A stretch of DNA of 64,000 bases, taken from NCBI GenBank assembly GCA_905178155.1, contig CAJINV010000011.1:3133144-3197143 (forward strand), written 5' to 3'. Positions 46,222 to 58,600 of the stretch are shown piece after piece. How positions within the stretch are numbered: position 1 is the first letter of the stretch; each line of letters begins with the position of its first letter. Under the pieces are notes generated by a model that saw only the letters and a program-made list of their open reading frames with translations, was not told the DNA's origin and searched no databases. This DNA comes from Amoebophrya sp. A120. Lineage: Eukaryota; Protista; Dinoflagellata. Both the position numbers and the translations under genes were made by a program.

Positions 46222-47673
46222 GGTTTCTTTCGACAGCAACAATCTATATACCTCTCAAGCGTAGAGTCTATAGTTCTCTTTTTACTTCTGCTGTATAAAC
46301 AGCGTCGGTAAATACACTAAGATGCTATCTACTTCACAGTTTGCTGCCGCTGTTGCAGCTTCTTACTATTTCTTTGCTACTTAATATCGTACTATGAAGC
46401 TAACTTTGTTCCTCTATGCCGCAGCCCTGTAGTTGTGAAGATTCGGTTAGATTGACAGAAAAGCTCTTTAGAGAAGAAATGGAGAAAAAAGTTGGACCTG
46501 GCAGTGTCGTTCGTGGAGACACTTCTTATCCAAACTGATCATTACTTTATTTAGTGCAAAAACTTTACTTGTAGTCAATTGCCATTGATTTCTCTCCAAG
46601 AAGTTTCTTTTGAGATTGTAAACCAACATCATAAGGTATCATCTCAGAACGATAGAACACAAACATTTCGTTCCTGCAATTAGCACAAATGTTTTGTTGC
46701 TAACAGTAGCAATGGCGATGCACAACTCGAGTCAAGACTCTGTTCGTCACGCGGCCCTCGCGACTTGGACTTGCTAGTCTCGCTTCCCAAGCTTTTGAAA
46801 AAAAAGACGTCTTGGGAGATTCGGAAATTTTTACATTCATTTTCATCAATCACAGACTGCCTTCCCCGCTTCTATTCGTAGCGTCAAGTTTTCTAAATCA
46901 TGAAGAAAATATAAATTTTTTGGAAAGCAAATTTCTCACCATACAAGCTATCGCAAATGACAAATCGTCTTTCCGAATCCGATACTTCTAAAATCTGAAA
47001 TTCAAAATTTTTGATTGCTCTGCTGGTATTGTGTCCACGAGAAAGCGACCCAACAATATATTCAATAAGAGTTGTACTTGTAGTATAAAGAAGCAAAAAA
47101 ATCGTAATAAGTCATCGAAAGGGACTCAACCAAAATACAGAGACGATAGCTTGTTCTTACATACCCATACATAGTACGCCTCGAAAAATTGACTTTTTTG
47201 TATCCCAAAAGTAAGGACAATCTTCCTAATTCTGTGCAAAACCACCTGAGCAGAGCAAATAGTACTGATTCAACTACATACCAGGCCGCAAACAAGTAAA
47301 TTTGAACTTCTTCGACCTGCAACGCTGTTCCTACGTGTTATCAAAGCTTGAAAACCTTTTCTACAGTGCAGCGGTGCGAAGGGACCGACTGACTGCACTG
47401 CGAAAAAGAAGAGGAAATAGAGGCAGGTATAAAAATCGTAAACTGTAAAAACGACTGTTCTATCCAAGAAACTTAGTTAACCTTTTCAACATCAAACTCG
47501 CGTCAGGTTTTCTTATTTTTCTTCGAGAAGGGCTGCCAACCTTTGATAGCGAAGCAAAAACGAAAACAGAAACGAGTCTCTCAACGCAGTGGAGGAAAAA
47601 AAATCATATTGAATTTCTGGTCGAAATTATACCTGATATGCATCAATCCCTGATACACTCGACTGGTGTGTCT

Positions 47674-49271
47674 GGTCGTCGTGAATGCAACAGCTACAAA
47701 AATATCGAATCTGACATGGAAATTGAAAGTGCCACTGACGTGGCGCCGGCGCTTGTGCCGCGAGAGAGCGGTGTGTCGCTCAGCCCAAGCATGATGCGGA
47801 ACGGGCAGTAGCTGGCCGCTGGAAGGCGGCGGGGGGTCGGGTAGTGTCGCGGACTGACGAGAGCACGCCGCGACGAAGACAGGTTCGGCGGAGGTCGTAC
47901 TGGGGGTGCTGGTCGGTCTCCGAGGATCTGCGCGGCCGGGGGGTAGTTGGGGGATATCCCTGTGTCCCCCTGCTCGTTCGCCGACGGGGGGCTGGCGCAT
48001 CTGGATCGCGTGCCTGGTAGGCGCGGTGATCGCCCCTTGTCCACACGCAGGGCGTGCAGACCGAAATGCGCGATGCCGAAATTATGTATGCAGACCGAAA
48101 TTAGACAGAAATGCTGCACGCTACACACTCACATCAGAGTGGGTCGCACGCCACTGGTATTGCCCGCACGCTCTGAATGCACGCACCAGATTCAGCACAC
48201 CTGGAGGGAACGAAGCGTGCGCCGAATAGTGGGGAAAGACTGACCTGCGCCGAGAAATGGCCACCGTCTCTCCATGCTAGCCTGTGGCAGGGCCGAAGAG
48301 TCGCGAACTCACTGAACCGATTTGGGAACCGGTGAAAAGGAAAACAGAACCCGACCGCGGCGGAGTAATATGGTAGGACTGGTATGCGCTGGCAGTGTGT
48401 AGAGACCAGAGTCCGTCTGTGTTAGTTCTCTGCTGCTCTACCCGCCCGCTATGGAGGCAAGTGCGACAGCTGCGTCCCAGGCCTCTGGTAAGGCCGGAAG
48501 CGGGTAACCGATCGCGATTTGATAATAGACAGTAGGCATTTATTGAGACCGAATAAGTATAAATGTACCGACTAAGGGCATTCAGGATCCAAAACCAAAA
48601 GTGATAGCAGCGATGTATCTTATCCGTCGAAAAACCGAACCGTAGCCGGTTTTCACTCCAAGTACTTATGCCTGTGGTAGGGCCGGAGGGGTGAGCACTG
48701 CAATGCCAATGGAGTAGGTCCGTCAGGTCGGGAAACATGGCGGCCCTGGTAGTCTTGCGGGCGTAGCCGCGCCTGGACGTCCGGTCGGGCAGCAGCCCAG
48801 TGGCGCCTCCCAAGAAGTCCGGTAGTTCAGGTCGTCCAGTAAGAGCGCTTGCACGCGCTACCGAAAAAGGCAAGGAGTGCCGGGCAAGGCAGTCAGTTCT
48901 AGTGGCCAACGATGGCGGACGGGAAGCCAGCAACCCAGTGCCCAATGCACCCTCACGGGCGCAGTCGTAAAGCGTAGGGGAAGACTTGTGCCTGGAATGG
49001 CCGATCTTGTCTCCATCCAGGCCTCTGGTAAGGCCGGAAGGCGAGAACCGATTGCATCGCACTTAGACATTTGGCATTTGAGACCGAGAAACTAGAGGTG
49101 TACCGATTTGCAGCATTCAGGATCCAAAGGTGATAGCACTACATAATCTATCCGCCGAAAACCCGAGCCGTAGCCGGTTTTCACTCCATGTATGCCTGTG
49201 GTAGGGCCGGAGGGGGTCGTCGTGAATGCAACAGCTACAAAAATATCGAATCTGACATGGAAATTGAAAGT
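47674..49271. mobile_element. Intergenic insertion of about 1.5 kb between identical 57-bp direct repeats, with an internal ~200-bp repeat
   Basis: ggtcgtcgtgaatgc...aattgaaagt at 47674-47730 and 49215-49271. Diverged internal copies at about 48478-48690 and 49018-49215. Confidence 0.65.
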
Positions 49272-49643
49272 TTGTGAAGGGCAGTAGAGCCGCGCGGGTG
49301 AACTTCTACTTTTTTCCAAGATAACAAAGTACATGGCAAAACCGCCGCTTGCATTTTTTGCCTCAGATGAATATCAAATCGCTTCTAATATTCGAGTCAG
49401 GAAGTAGATTTGAAAGGCCGTAGTATTTGTATTTCATTTTCCCTTTCCATTTCACTGTTCCGGTGCTGTAGGTTCGAAAGCAACTTTGTTTTTCCCCGTA
49501 GTAAGTAAGTACCCAACTTGACAGGACGGCTTGACAGGCGATTTTTACCGAAAAAACGCAGCGCGACCAACGTAGCAACTAGGTTATTAAACTCTATCGA
49601 AATAAACCGATAATTCTGAGGTCTTCGACGAAACAGGCCGTAG

Positions 49644-52600
49644 CTACTGATAAACCACTGGTTGTTGTAGTTCCGGCGGACCACTACTAGAACCAGCAGC
49701 GTCCTCTCGGGATGCTGCTTGAGAAGAAGACCCCTTGTTCACACCTCCCGGTACGGCGCAACCACTTCCGTAGAGCCCCGGATTGGAGGCGCTCGGCATC
49801 GTCATAGTCATCCACGGCATGGCAGCGTTTGATGCGCCCGGAGGTTGTTGTACTCCGGCGGGCAGAAAATGCATCCCTGTGGCCCCCGGTACTATTGGAC
49901 CACCGCCCATCGTCGGTCCAGCTGCCATGAGGGGCATTTGTGACATCATAGTACCTTCGATAATTGTTGACATTCATGTTAAGATCCATGTCGAGTGAAG
50001 TCGGCACCACCCGAAAGAAAACAAGCACAGGAGGATCCAAAATCTTTTTGTGGAATAACGCGCCAAATGCAGCTATACCTTGCTTATCGTCCGGTCCGCC
50101 GGGCACAACCGGATGGTATTGCGAGTTGTCGATGGACATGGGCATAGGTCCGTTATTGTAACAGCTTGGGACTCCTGTTGGTCCCGCCCACGAGGAGCTG
50201 CTAGTACAACTACCCATCTGATGCTGCATAGCATGCTGCATGGTATGCTGCCGATGCATAAACTGCTGGTGTTGCTGGTGCTCGTGTGCCATCTGCTGCA
50301 TGAATTGCTTTTGGTGCTGCATCGAATTAATACCAATTGGATGTTGCGGTTGCCCTTGCTGCGGTCCTAAGTTGCAGCTTGATGCGTTATTAATATTAAG
50401 GCCTCCTGCTCGCAGAGAAGTAGATGTCGTGCTCATCATAGTCGTACCATTACCGCCTGCTGATGATGATGGTGCTGTCTGTGTTGACAGCTGTTGCCCG
50501 CCACAGAGTTCCATGGGCTGCTGCTGTTGCTGTTGCTGATTCACCATACTGCTTTGCCGGTTTGGATTGTAGCTCGGGGTGGGACCTCCACCACGTTCCG
50601 AGGCGTTACTCGGCGTCGGGGCGGAGGAATTACTGTGCTGGTTTTGCAGATGAAGTTGTCCTTGCTGCTGTGCGGAACAAGATGTCGCAAGAAAAAACTG
50701 TTTCGATGTAAACTTGTAATGCAGAAAATGTATCTCAGAAGTGTCTGTCTTGCTAAACATGCAAGACAGTCGATATGTCGCTGCGTTTTCCCTTAGGAAC
50801 CTCGCATGGCAGGTTTTCGCTGTCCAGTAGAACAAACCTGTGATAGAAAACTTGCAAAATCCTTACAGTGAAACACTTTTTTCTTGCGATACAAGATGTA
50901 GACGATGCACTACTGGTCGTGTTCATCGTCGGGCCACCGCCGACTCTTGGTGGGGGCGGCGGCAAGTTTAGGTTCAACTTTGGATGTATCAAATGTAAAA
51001 ATGTCTGGGTCTGGAAGAATGCAAGTTGTCATGCTAAATCTGAAGCATGCGAAAATCTGTGTTGTATGATTACCAAAAGTCGTCCAGTTTTGACCAAGTC
51101 GGGAGCGAGTTTCTCATGCGGGATAGGCATGAGAGAGATCGCACAGAATCTGTCATGCTAGGTCACGCATTCCAGACCTCATGGGTCATGGAAACGCTGC
51201 ATGACAAATCGCGCACTCTTCCAGACCCAGACATTTTTACATTTGATAGGATGTCTCTGCCCGCGCCCGCAGCTGGTCATCCAGCGCTGGGGACCCGCGG
51301 AGTCGGCGTCCTGCGGGTAGGGTTAGAGCTTTCAGAAATTAGTTCCCAGAGCAGTTCCCAAAAGCTTCGGTTTTCAAAAATTTTGAAGCAGGTGCGTAGG
51401 ATCTGCGTTTCGACCGATGATCCCGGTCTGACGACACGTCCTGCGCACGCGACTTACAGAAATGAGTTCCCAGGATTTCCGCGCTTTTTCTGCAATCACC
51501 CCATTTGGACACCCGGATCGAACTTTCACGAGCAGGGCGCCAAAGTTCGGCACTTTGCGCGCGAAAGTTCTCTTGCGGCTCCCATCCGCGAAGTTCTCGG
51601 ATGTGAGCTGCAATCCGAGGAATTCTTGTATGTGGGATCCTGGGAACTAATTTCTGTGAATAGGTTGCGTAGGATCTGCGTTTCGACCGGTAATCCCGCC
51701 CTGACTGCAAATCCTACGCAACGGACTTACAGAAATTAGTTCCCAGGATTTCTTCTAGAATCTCAAGGCGCCTCTGATGCACCTTGAGACTCTAGAAGAA
51801 ATCCTTTGAGAGTCTAAAAGAAATTCGTTGGATTTCTTTTAGACTCTAAAAGAAGGCTTCTTGACTTCTTTTAGAAAAGGTCTCGCGGAAACCCCTTTCC
51901 AGAGGCCCTTTCGCTGACCCCTTTCGTTGACCCTTTGTTAGGTCGTGACTAAGGCACTTTTCGCGACCCCTTTGAAGACCCCTTTGCAAACCCCCCTTCC
52001 GAACACTTTTTCCGGAAGTTTTCTTCTAGAAACTGAGTTCCTAGAAGAGAACGCAGCTTCTTGTTCTAGAAGAAGCTGCGTCTTTTTCTAGAAGAAGGCG
52101 CGAAGTTTTGTCTTCTTCTAGAAGGCTGGCCTTCCTGTGGAAGACACAGCTTTGCTTTCTTCTAGAAAACGCAGCTTCTAGAAGAAGGCGCTTCTTCTTC
52201 TAGAAGAGGCTGCGTTTTCTTCCTAGAAGAAAAAGTAGATCTTTCTGTGCATGTGTTCAGGAGCACGCTTCTAGAAGGCCAGGAGGAAAAAGCTGCTGCG
52301 CGAGCTTTCTTACCTAAGAGCACAGCAGAACTCGCGCGCCTACAGCTTCGGCTTTCGTGCCTCAAAGAAATGCACTCCTGGGATTTGCGTACTGCGTTTC
52401 CAGTCGCCACACTTGGACACACTGATGATCCTCGTTTCCAAGTGAGGCGATTGGAGACGCAGCACGCAAATCCTGGGAAGTAATTTCTGTAAGTCACCTG
52501 CATAAGATTTGTGCCCAGATCGGTATTACCAGTGAGAAGACAAATCTTACGCAGGTAGCTTACAGAAATTATTTCCCAGGATCTTCGCTGCGTCAAGAAT

Positions 52601-55600
52601 TTCGTGATGCGACGGAAATCCTGAGAGCTAATATCCGTAACTCACCTGCGTAGGGTTTGTGCTCCAATAGGTATTGCCGATCGGACCACAAATCTTACGC
52701 AGGTGACTTCCAGCAATTTGTTCCCAAGGATTTTCGCCACATCAAATACTAACTCCTGGGATGTCTGCGCACATCCGCGAAGTTCTCGGATGTGAGCTGA
52801 CACACGAGGAATTCTTGGATGTGAGTTCACGTCCGGGAGTTCCTCGGATGTGAAGTGCCATCCGAGAAGTTCTCGGATGTGGGGTGCACACTTCTGCAGG
52901 CCAGAGCACGAGAATGCTATCCGAGTTTGTGTTCTGACCTTGAAACACAGAAAAACCCGCACAACATCATCTTGGGCGGGGGCTTAGGAGAACCATGATC
53001 CCAGGTCTCGACGCGGCGAAAATCTTAGGAGCGCGCTTCTTTATCTCCCAGACGTCGGATGATTTTGCGCGAGGTCTTCAGACCTACTGCCGGCCAGAGC
53101 ACAAATCAGACGTGGGGGCCTTGCCGAAATGTGCTCCCAGAATTTCCGGCAAACCTTGGGAACGCATTTCCGAAAGGCTAAAGTGTGGCAGCTGCAGGGC
53201 GACCCCTTATATTGAAGGCGCGTTGCTTTGAACGACCTGGCGCTGAACACGAATCACTTGCAACATACTAGCACAGCAAGCGCGGCAGCCCCGCCGAAGA
53301 CGGCTGCCCATTCTCCGCCAAGCTCGCACGCTGGCTGCTTCCCAGCCACAGGGTTCATGGCCTTCGGCCATTCCAAGCGACTGCGAGAGTGTGCAAGCTA
53401 AACCCCCCTCGCGGTTTGTTTCCATTTTTTTCAAACCTAAGCTTTCGGGAACAAGGGTAGGAACTAATTTCTGTAAGCCTTAATAGGGACTAATTTCTGT
53501 CTGTCCGCGCCCGCAGCTGGTCATCCACCGCTGAGGACCCGCGGAGTCGTATCCTAAGTAAAAACGTACCCACACCAGAGTTGTCATGCAGATTTGCAAC
53601 GACAGGAACATTTGTAATGCGCATCTGCATGAGAGGCATTTCCAGTCGTGTTTTGACATTTGTAATGCTGTAAACACGATGAGGAGATGGGTTTGTCATG
53701 CGGCTGCACTTGCTAACCTGCACTACACTGCGGAGTGCAACTTGTCATGCGTGACTCACAAAACTCCTAGGTTTGTGTTGCAAAATCGCCATCCTGACTC
53801 TGGTGTGGGTCCGTTTTTACTCAGGATAAGTCGGCGTGGTCCTGCGGGTAGGGAGGGAGAGGCACACCAGCAGCCAGACCTGCTGTATTTGATGTGCCAA
53901 ATGGTGCTGTCGTTGACGCAGTAGAGCCGGTGTTGACAGCGCTGTGGCTGTCCTGCTGTTGATTCATATTAACCCTATCCAACTTACTCGTCCCGGAAGA
54001 CGATGCAGTCAGACTGGTGCTGGCTGTCAGGATTGAGGGTCTAGCAGCTTGTTGCTGTTGCCCCCCGGTGGTCGTGCACTGGTTCATCATTCCGGTTCCT
54101 GGGCAATGAAAAATGCTGTGGTCCTGTAGATTATCCTCTTCTAAATTCCGAACACCGAGCCGCTCGCAGGCATAGGCGTAGAGCCACGGCTCCAGCTGTA
54201 GTGGGATTGGAGGTTTTTTGCATTTTCTGCATGTTGTATTTGAATGATGAAGATGAGCAAGGAAGGAGAAACTTGTACCTCCGAATGGTCTCAGGGGAAC
54301 GAACGAACTGCAGTGAAACTAAATAAGTATCAAACAACGAAAAAATTACCTTGTGCTTGCTCAGAATTTTTTCGTTCTCGAAGAGTTCCTTGATGAAGTT
54401 CATTTGGTTCACAATCGCTTGCATTTCCGGCTGCCGTATGCATTGCAAAAATGTCTGGGTCTGGAAGGTTGCAGCTTGTCATGCTAATTCTGGATAGTAC
54501 AGAAATTTTTGTTGCATGATTACCAAAAGGCGTCCACGTTTGAACAAGTTTAGTGGCAGTTTGTCATGCAGGATAGACATGATAGAGACTTCGCAGAACC
54601 TGTCATGCTAGGTCCTGCATTGCAGACCTCGTGGGGCATGCAAAGTATGCATGACAAGTTTGCATTCTTCCAGACCCAGACATGTTTGCAATTGATACGC
54701 CGGTAAGCGGGAGAGTGGGAGAGTAATTTCCAGCCCTCGAAGAGCGAGATCCGGTACATTCGTTGGTCTCGAAAATCGTCCTGGAAATCAAAATCCTCGT
54801 TGTTGTTGTAGAATTTCAAAGAATTCAAATTCAAGCTGCACATCCCCGTCAACTCGTAGATAACGGCTTCAAGTGCGAGGTGTTTTGGTAAAGTGGCCAT
54901 CGTTGCAGCAGCAGCAGCAGCAGGTGCTTCTCCAATAGACGTGTTGTCATCTTCAGCTGTATTCGACGCAGAGAGGATGCTGCTCTCCCCGTCTTCTGCT
55001 GCGGGGAGCTGATGATGTTGATGTTGAGTGGTTGTACTGTCATTGCAACCACTTTTTCCGGCCCCGCCAGCCGGACTCGAGGAAGACGCTGCCGCGCACC
55101 AGTTGTCCACTTCCTTCACGCACGTCGGTAACCGCACCCAGCACCACGTCCGATGCTTCAGCGCTACCATGAGCAGCATCGCCGCTTGGATTAGGGAGAG
55201 CGGCTGGTGGATCAGAGATAAAGGTTGTCCGAGCACCAGTTCCTGCGTTTTCTCCACGTCGTACAGCAAACCGAGAAACACCCGCACTTTCAGCAACTCA
55301 CAGGGCATGGTGCGCGGGAGGAAGGGAAGATTGTTTTTCATGATCCCTCGACCAAACTGCTGATTTTTATGTAGTTCGAGATTGTTTTTGTTCTGGCCAT
55401 CATGTACGCTCAGCAATACTTCTTCCTGCAGCTCCCCCGACCTGGTCGCGCCTTCCTTGTTCTCCTGCGAAGAAGAATTACAACCTCTACCCCCGTTCGC
55501 TTTTTCTACGGCGGTGAAAGCCATTTTCACCTTCAGCATCGCGGTCCGCGAGTGCCTTACGTCTTTCGGGGGCTGGTGCTGGTCTGGGCCAGTCGTCGCC

Positions 55601-58600
55601 ACGACGACATTGCTCCCGACGCCCGAGGCAGCGGTCGATGCGCCGGCAAGGGACGAGGAATGAGAGGTACTTAGTGGGTCTTGCTCCACCTGGTGCGCAA
55701 CTTTTAACGAGTAGATATTTTCTGTTTCAACATTGGTGTCAACCACACGATCTACTTCCGCGTTGCCTGCCTCTTCACTGCAAAAGTGTTGTGATGATGA
55801 ATTCTGGTTCTTCCTACTTCTCCCTTCCGTCGCCTGCATGACTGCCGCTGCAGAAAGCGTTCCCGGCGGCGCGGTGGTGTTGAGCCGCAGGCTCGCAGAT
55901 CTCGCGCCACCATCTTCCCTTGCATAGAAGCCATCCGAGGACTTCTCCCCTGAGTCGTCCGTGTCCGGAGATAACAGCATCTCCGACCGTCGGCGCTGCT
56001 CCAGCGGGCAGGAGAGGGACAGCTTCTGGATAATTTCCGGAGATGAACTGGTCAGTTGGCAGGGCGAACCCGCTCGCGCGGCCACTGGAGTTCGAGCCTG
56101 ACGGAGAAGGCTGTTGGAACTCGACTTATTCTGAACACTTATGGATCTGTCAGGATTGAAATCGTCAAAGTTGAAATGATTTGTCATGCATAAAGCCGAT
56201 ACCAGTTGGCGGCCAGCTTTCAAGTGGCGCATGACAAATTTAGGAAGAGCATAAATCCAGTTTGTCATGCTGTTTGGGTACGGAGGACGCCCTTTGTCAT
56301 GCTACTTTAGCATCTCTTTTCTTACCCCTCAACAGGCTTACAATCTGCCTCACTTGACTACCTTGCAAGACAGGCACTTTGTGGGTTGCATTTTATGCAT
56401 CACAAACTATTTCAACTTTGAAGATTTCAATCCTGACATTTCCATAACACTGTTGTTCAAAGTTGAGGAACTCGGTTCTTCGAGCGGAAGGTCAGAAGTT
56501 CTGTCTTGATTCATGCCATCTGCGGAAGAAGATGCTGCCCCAGCAGGTTGGACTGATGCAGCCGCTGGAATGATGCGCCCGGACGGGGACACCGCGACAT
56601 TGCCCTGCGGTGTACAACTGTGTGGATAACCACCACCACCAGCTGCGTTCATGTGCGAAGGAGCAGTGTGAGGATGAACTCCAACGCCAGGACCTTGATG
56701 TTGTAACCCTCCAGCAGCTCCTCCTGGGTACACTCCAGCAGCATTATTCGGTTGCTGCATTCCGTACGGCAAACCTCCGCCGTTCGCGTAGTTGTAGCAG
56801 GTGGCGTTATAGGCGTTCATATACGCCGCGTGCTGTTGCGACTGCATCTGCGCCGTCGCCATGGCTTGTTGCTGCTGAAAGTAGTTACAACTTTGCGGAT
56901 GGTGCGGCTGCGCAGTGTAGATCGGCTGTGATGTCCCGTGGCTGTTATAAGCACCTGCTGGTCCTCCGTGTGCACCAGCTGCTTGGCCATGTGCCATCAT
57001 GTGCGGAGCTCCAGGTCCTCCGGGAGGTGCTGGTGCGCCGTAGTTATGCGGATGTTGGTGCTGCGCCCCTTGTGGCGCGGGATAGAATCCAGTCGGCATA
57101 GGACCGTTCATAGTGCCGATTGGCTGCTGGCCGCCTGGTGGGTACATCATGTTCGGGCTAGTAGTATTGTTGTACTGGTTGTAAGTTGTACCCATATTAC
57201 CGGTGGGCATCGACATGTGCTGCGGAAAGGTATGTTGCGGAGGAGGTCCGTGTTGCAAAGTCCCCGGGTTACCTTGTTGCGCGTTGCTAGTGTTCATCGG
57301 AGCTACGGTTCCAGGCGGCCCCATACCGCCTCGGGCGTTGCAATTCACGTTATTGTTCACAGCATTGTCTACTGAAGCGCCACCTGTCGCCCCGTTGTGA
57401 TTATCCTCACCCCCATTTGACGCGGTGGGCATGGACAAATTGCTGATCCCCGGGACGTTCACGGGATGAAAGCTCTGCGGGATGGAAGCAGCGGTTGGGA
57501 CGTTCTGCCGGTTTTGCACCATTTTCGAGCGCAGGTTTCCGTATAGTTTCTGAATTTGATCCCGCGCTATCCGCAACATCACCGTCAGATTCGTGTCCGT
57601 GTGCTGCAAGATCTGCTGATCGAAGTTCACCAAAGCCACTGCCGCGCAGCTAGACCGGTTAGAGTGTTGCTCTTTCACGAAGGAAAACCTTTGGTGGTTT
57701 TTCATTTTGATTTTGATTTTGTTTTTGTATCCGTCATCCGCATGAAGACGGAAAGAGAATATGATTTTATCGGAAACAACATACAAACAAAAATACTTGA
57801 TATGCGTGGTCTGCAGGAGCGAGGAGAACTTGGAGACCATGGAAGCCGCAATTCTGTTCCGCTCTAACCGCAACACGCAGGGAGTGAAGACTTCCCGCCC
57901 ACTCTGCTCGTCCCGATCCAATTGCGGGTACAGGTGAGACAGGTACCCAAAAGCGAAAAGGAGGGAAAAAACGCCTAAAGGCGTCACTTGGTTGTATGAA
58001 CTGCAAAAGTATCTCACTCGCATAAATGCATTACAAATTTCCTCAGCATGAGAAATATAATTCGTAATGCTGATTTACCTTAAGGAAAAAATTTGCAATG
58101 CATGATTGCAATTGCTACGAGTACGATACTTTTGCACAGGATAGGTTGTCGGAGAGGACAATCTCGCGGAAAGGGTGCGTCTGTTGCGATTTTTGCATGA
58201 AATGATGAAGAGCATGTTTTGCATGACAAACTGAGTTCTTTCACAGCATGACAAAAAAACTGGGCAAGAATCGTATTGATACGTCACAAATCCTCGCTGT
58301 CCTTCAGATTTCGCATCACAGATCCGGACCCGGACATATTTGCGATGAATGTAAAAGTAATGAAATAAATACCTGGAGCAAGATGATTTTCGCCAAGTAG
58401 ACCAGTGCGACGTCGCACAATTTGTTGTGGTCCAGCCGCAGACAGCGGATGGAAATTCGGTGCTGGATCAGCAGGTCGAATGCAAAAATGTCTGGGTCTG
58501 GAAGATTGCGATTTGTCATGCAGGTTTTCCCTGCCCTGTGAGGTCTGGTGTGCGGGATATAGCATGACAGATTCTGTGAGATCTTCTTTCTCATGCCTAG

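Noticed and set aside
47850-47885. Hammerhead ribozyme core (ctgacga...gaag)
   Set aside because: It lacks the GAAA core and I could not find the required stems.
50982-51253. AT-AC (U12-type) intron reading of this element
   Set aside because: It arises only from this TSD sequence. Sister copies of the family lack it, and the similarity to the U12 donor stops after ATCCT.
51047-53250. Transposase ORF inside the 2.16-kb element
   Set aside because: The ORFs are short and repeat-derived, with no DDE, RT or recombinase motifs.
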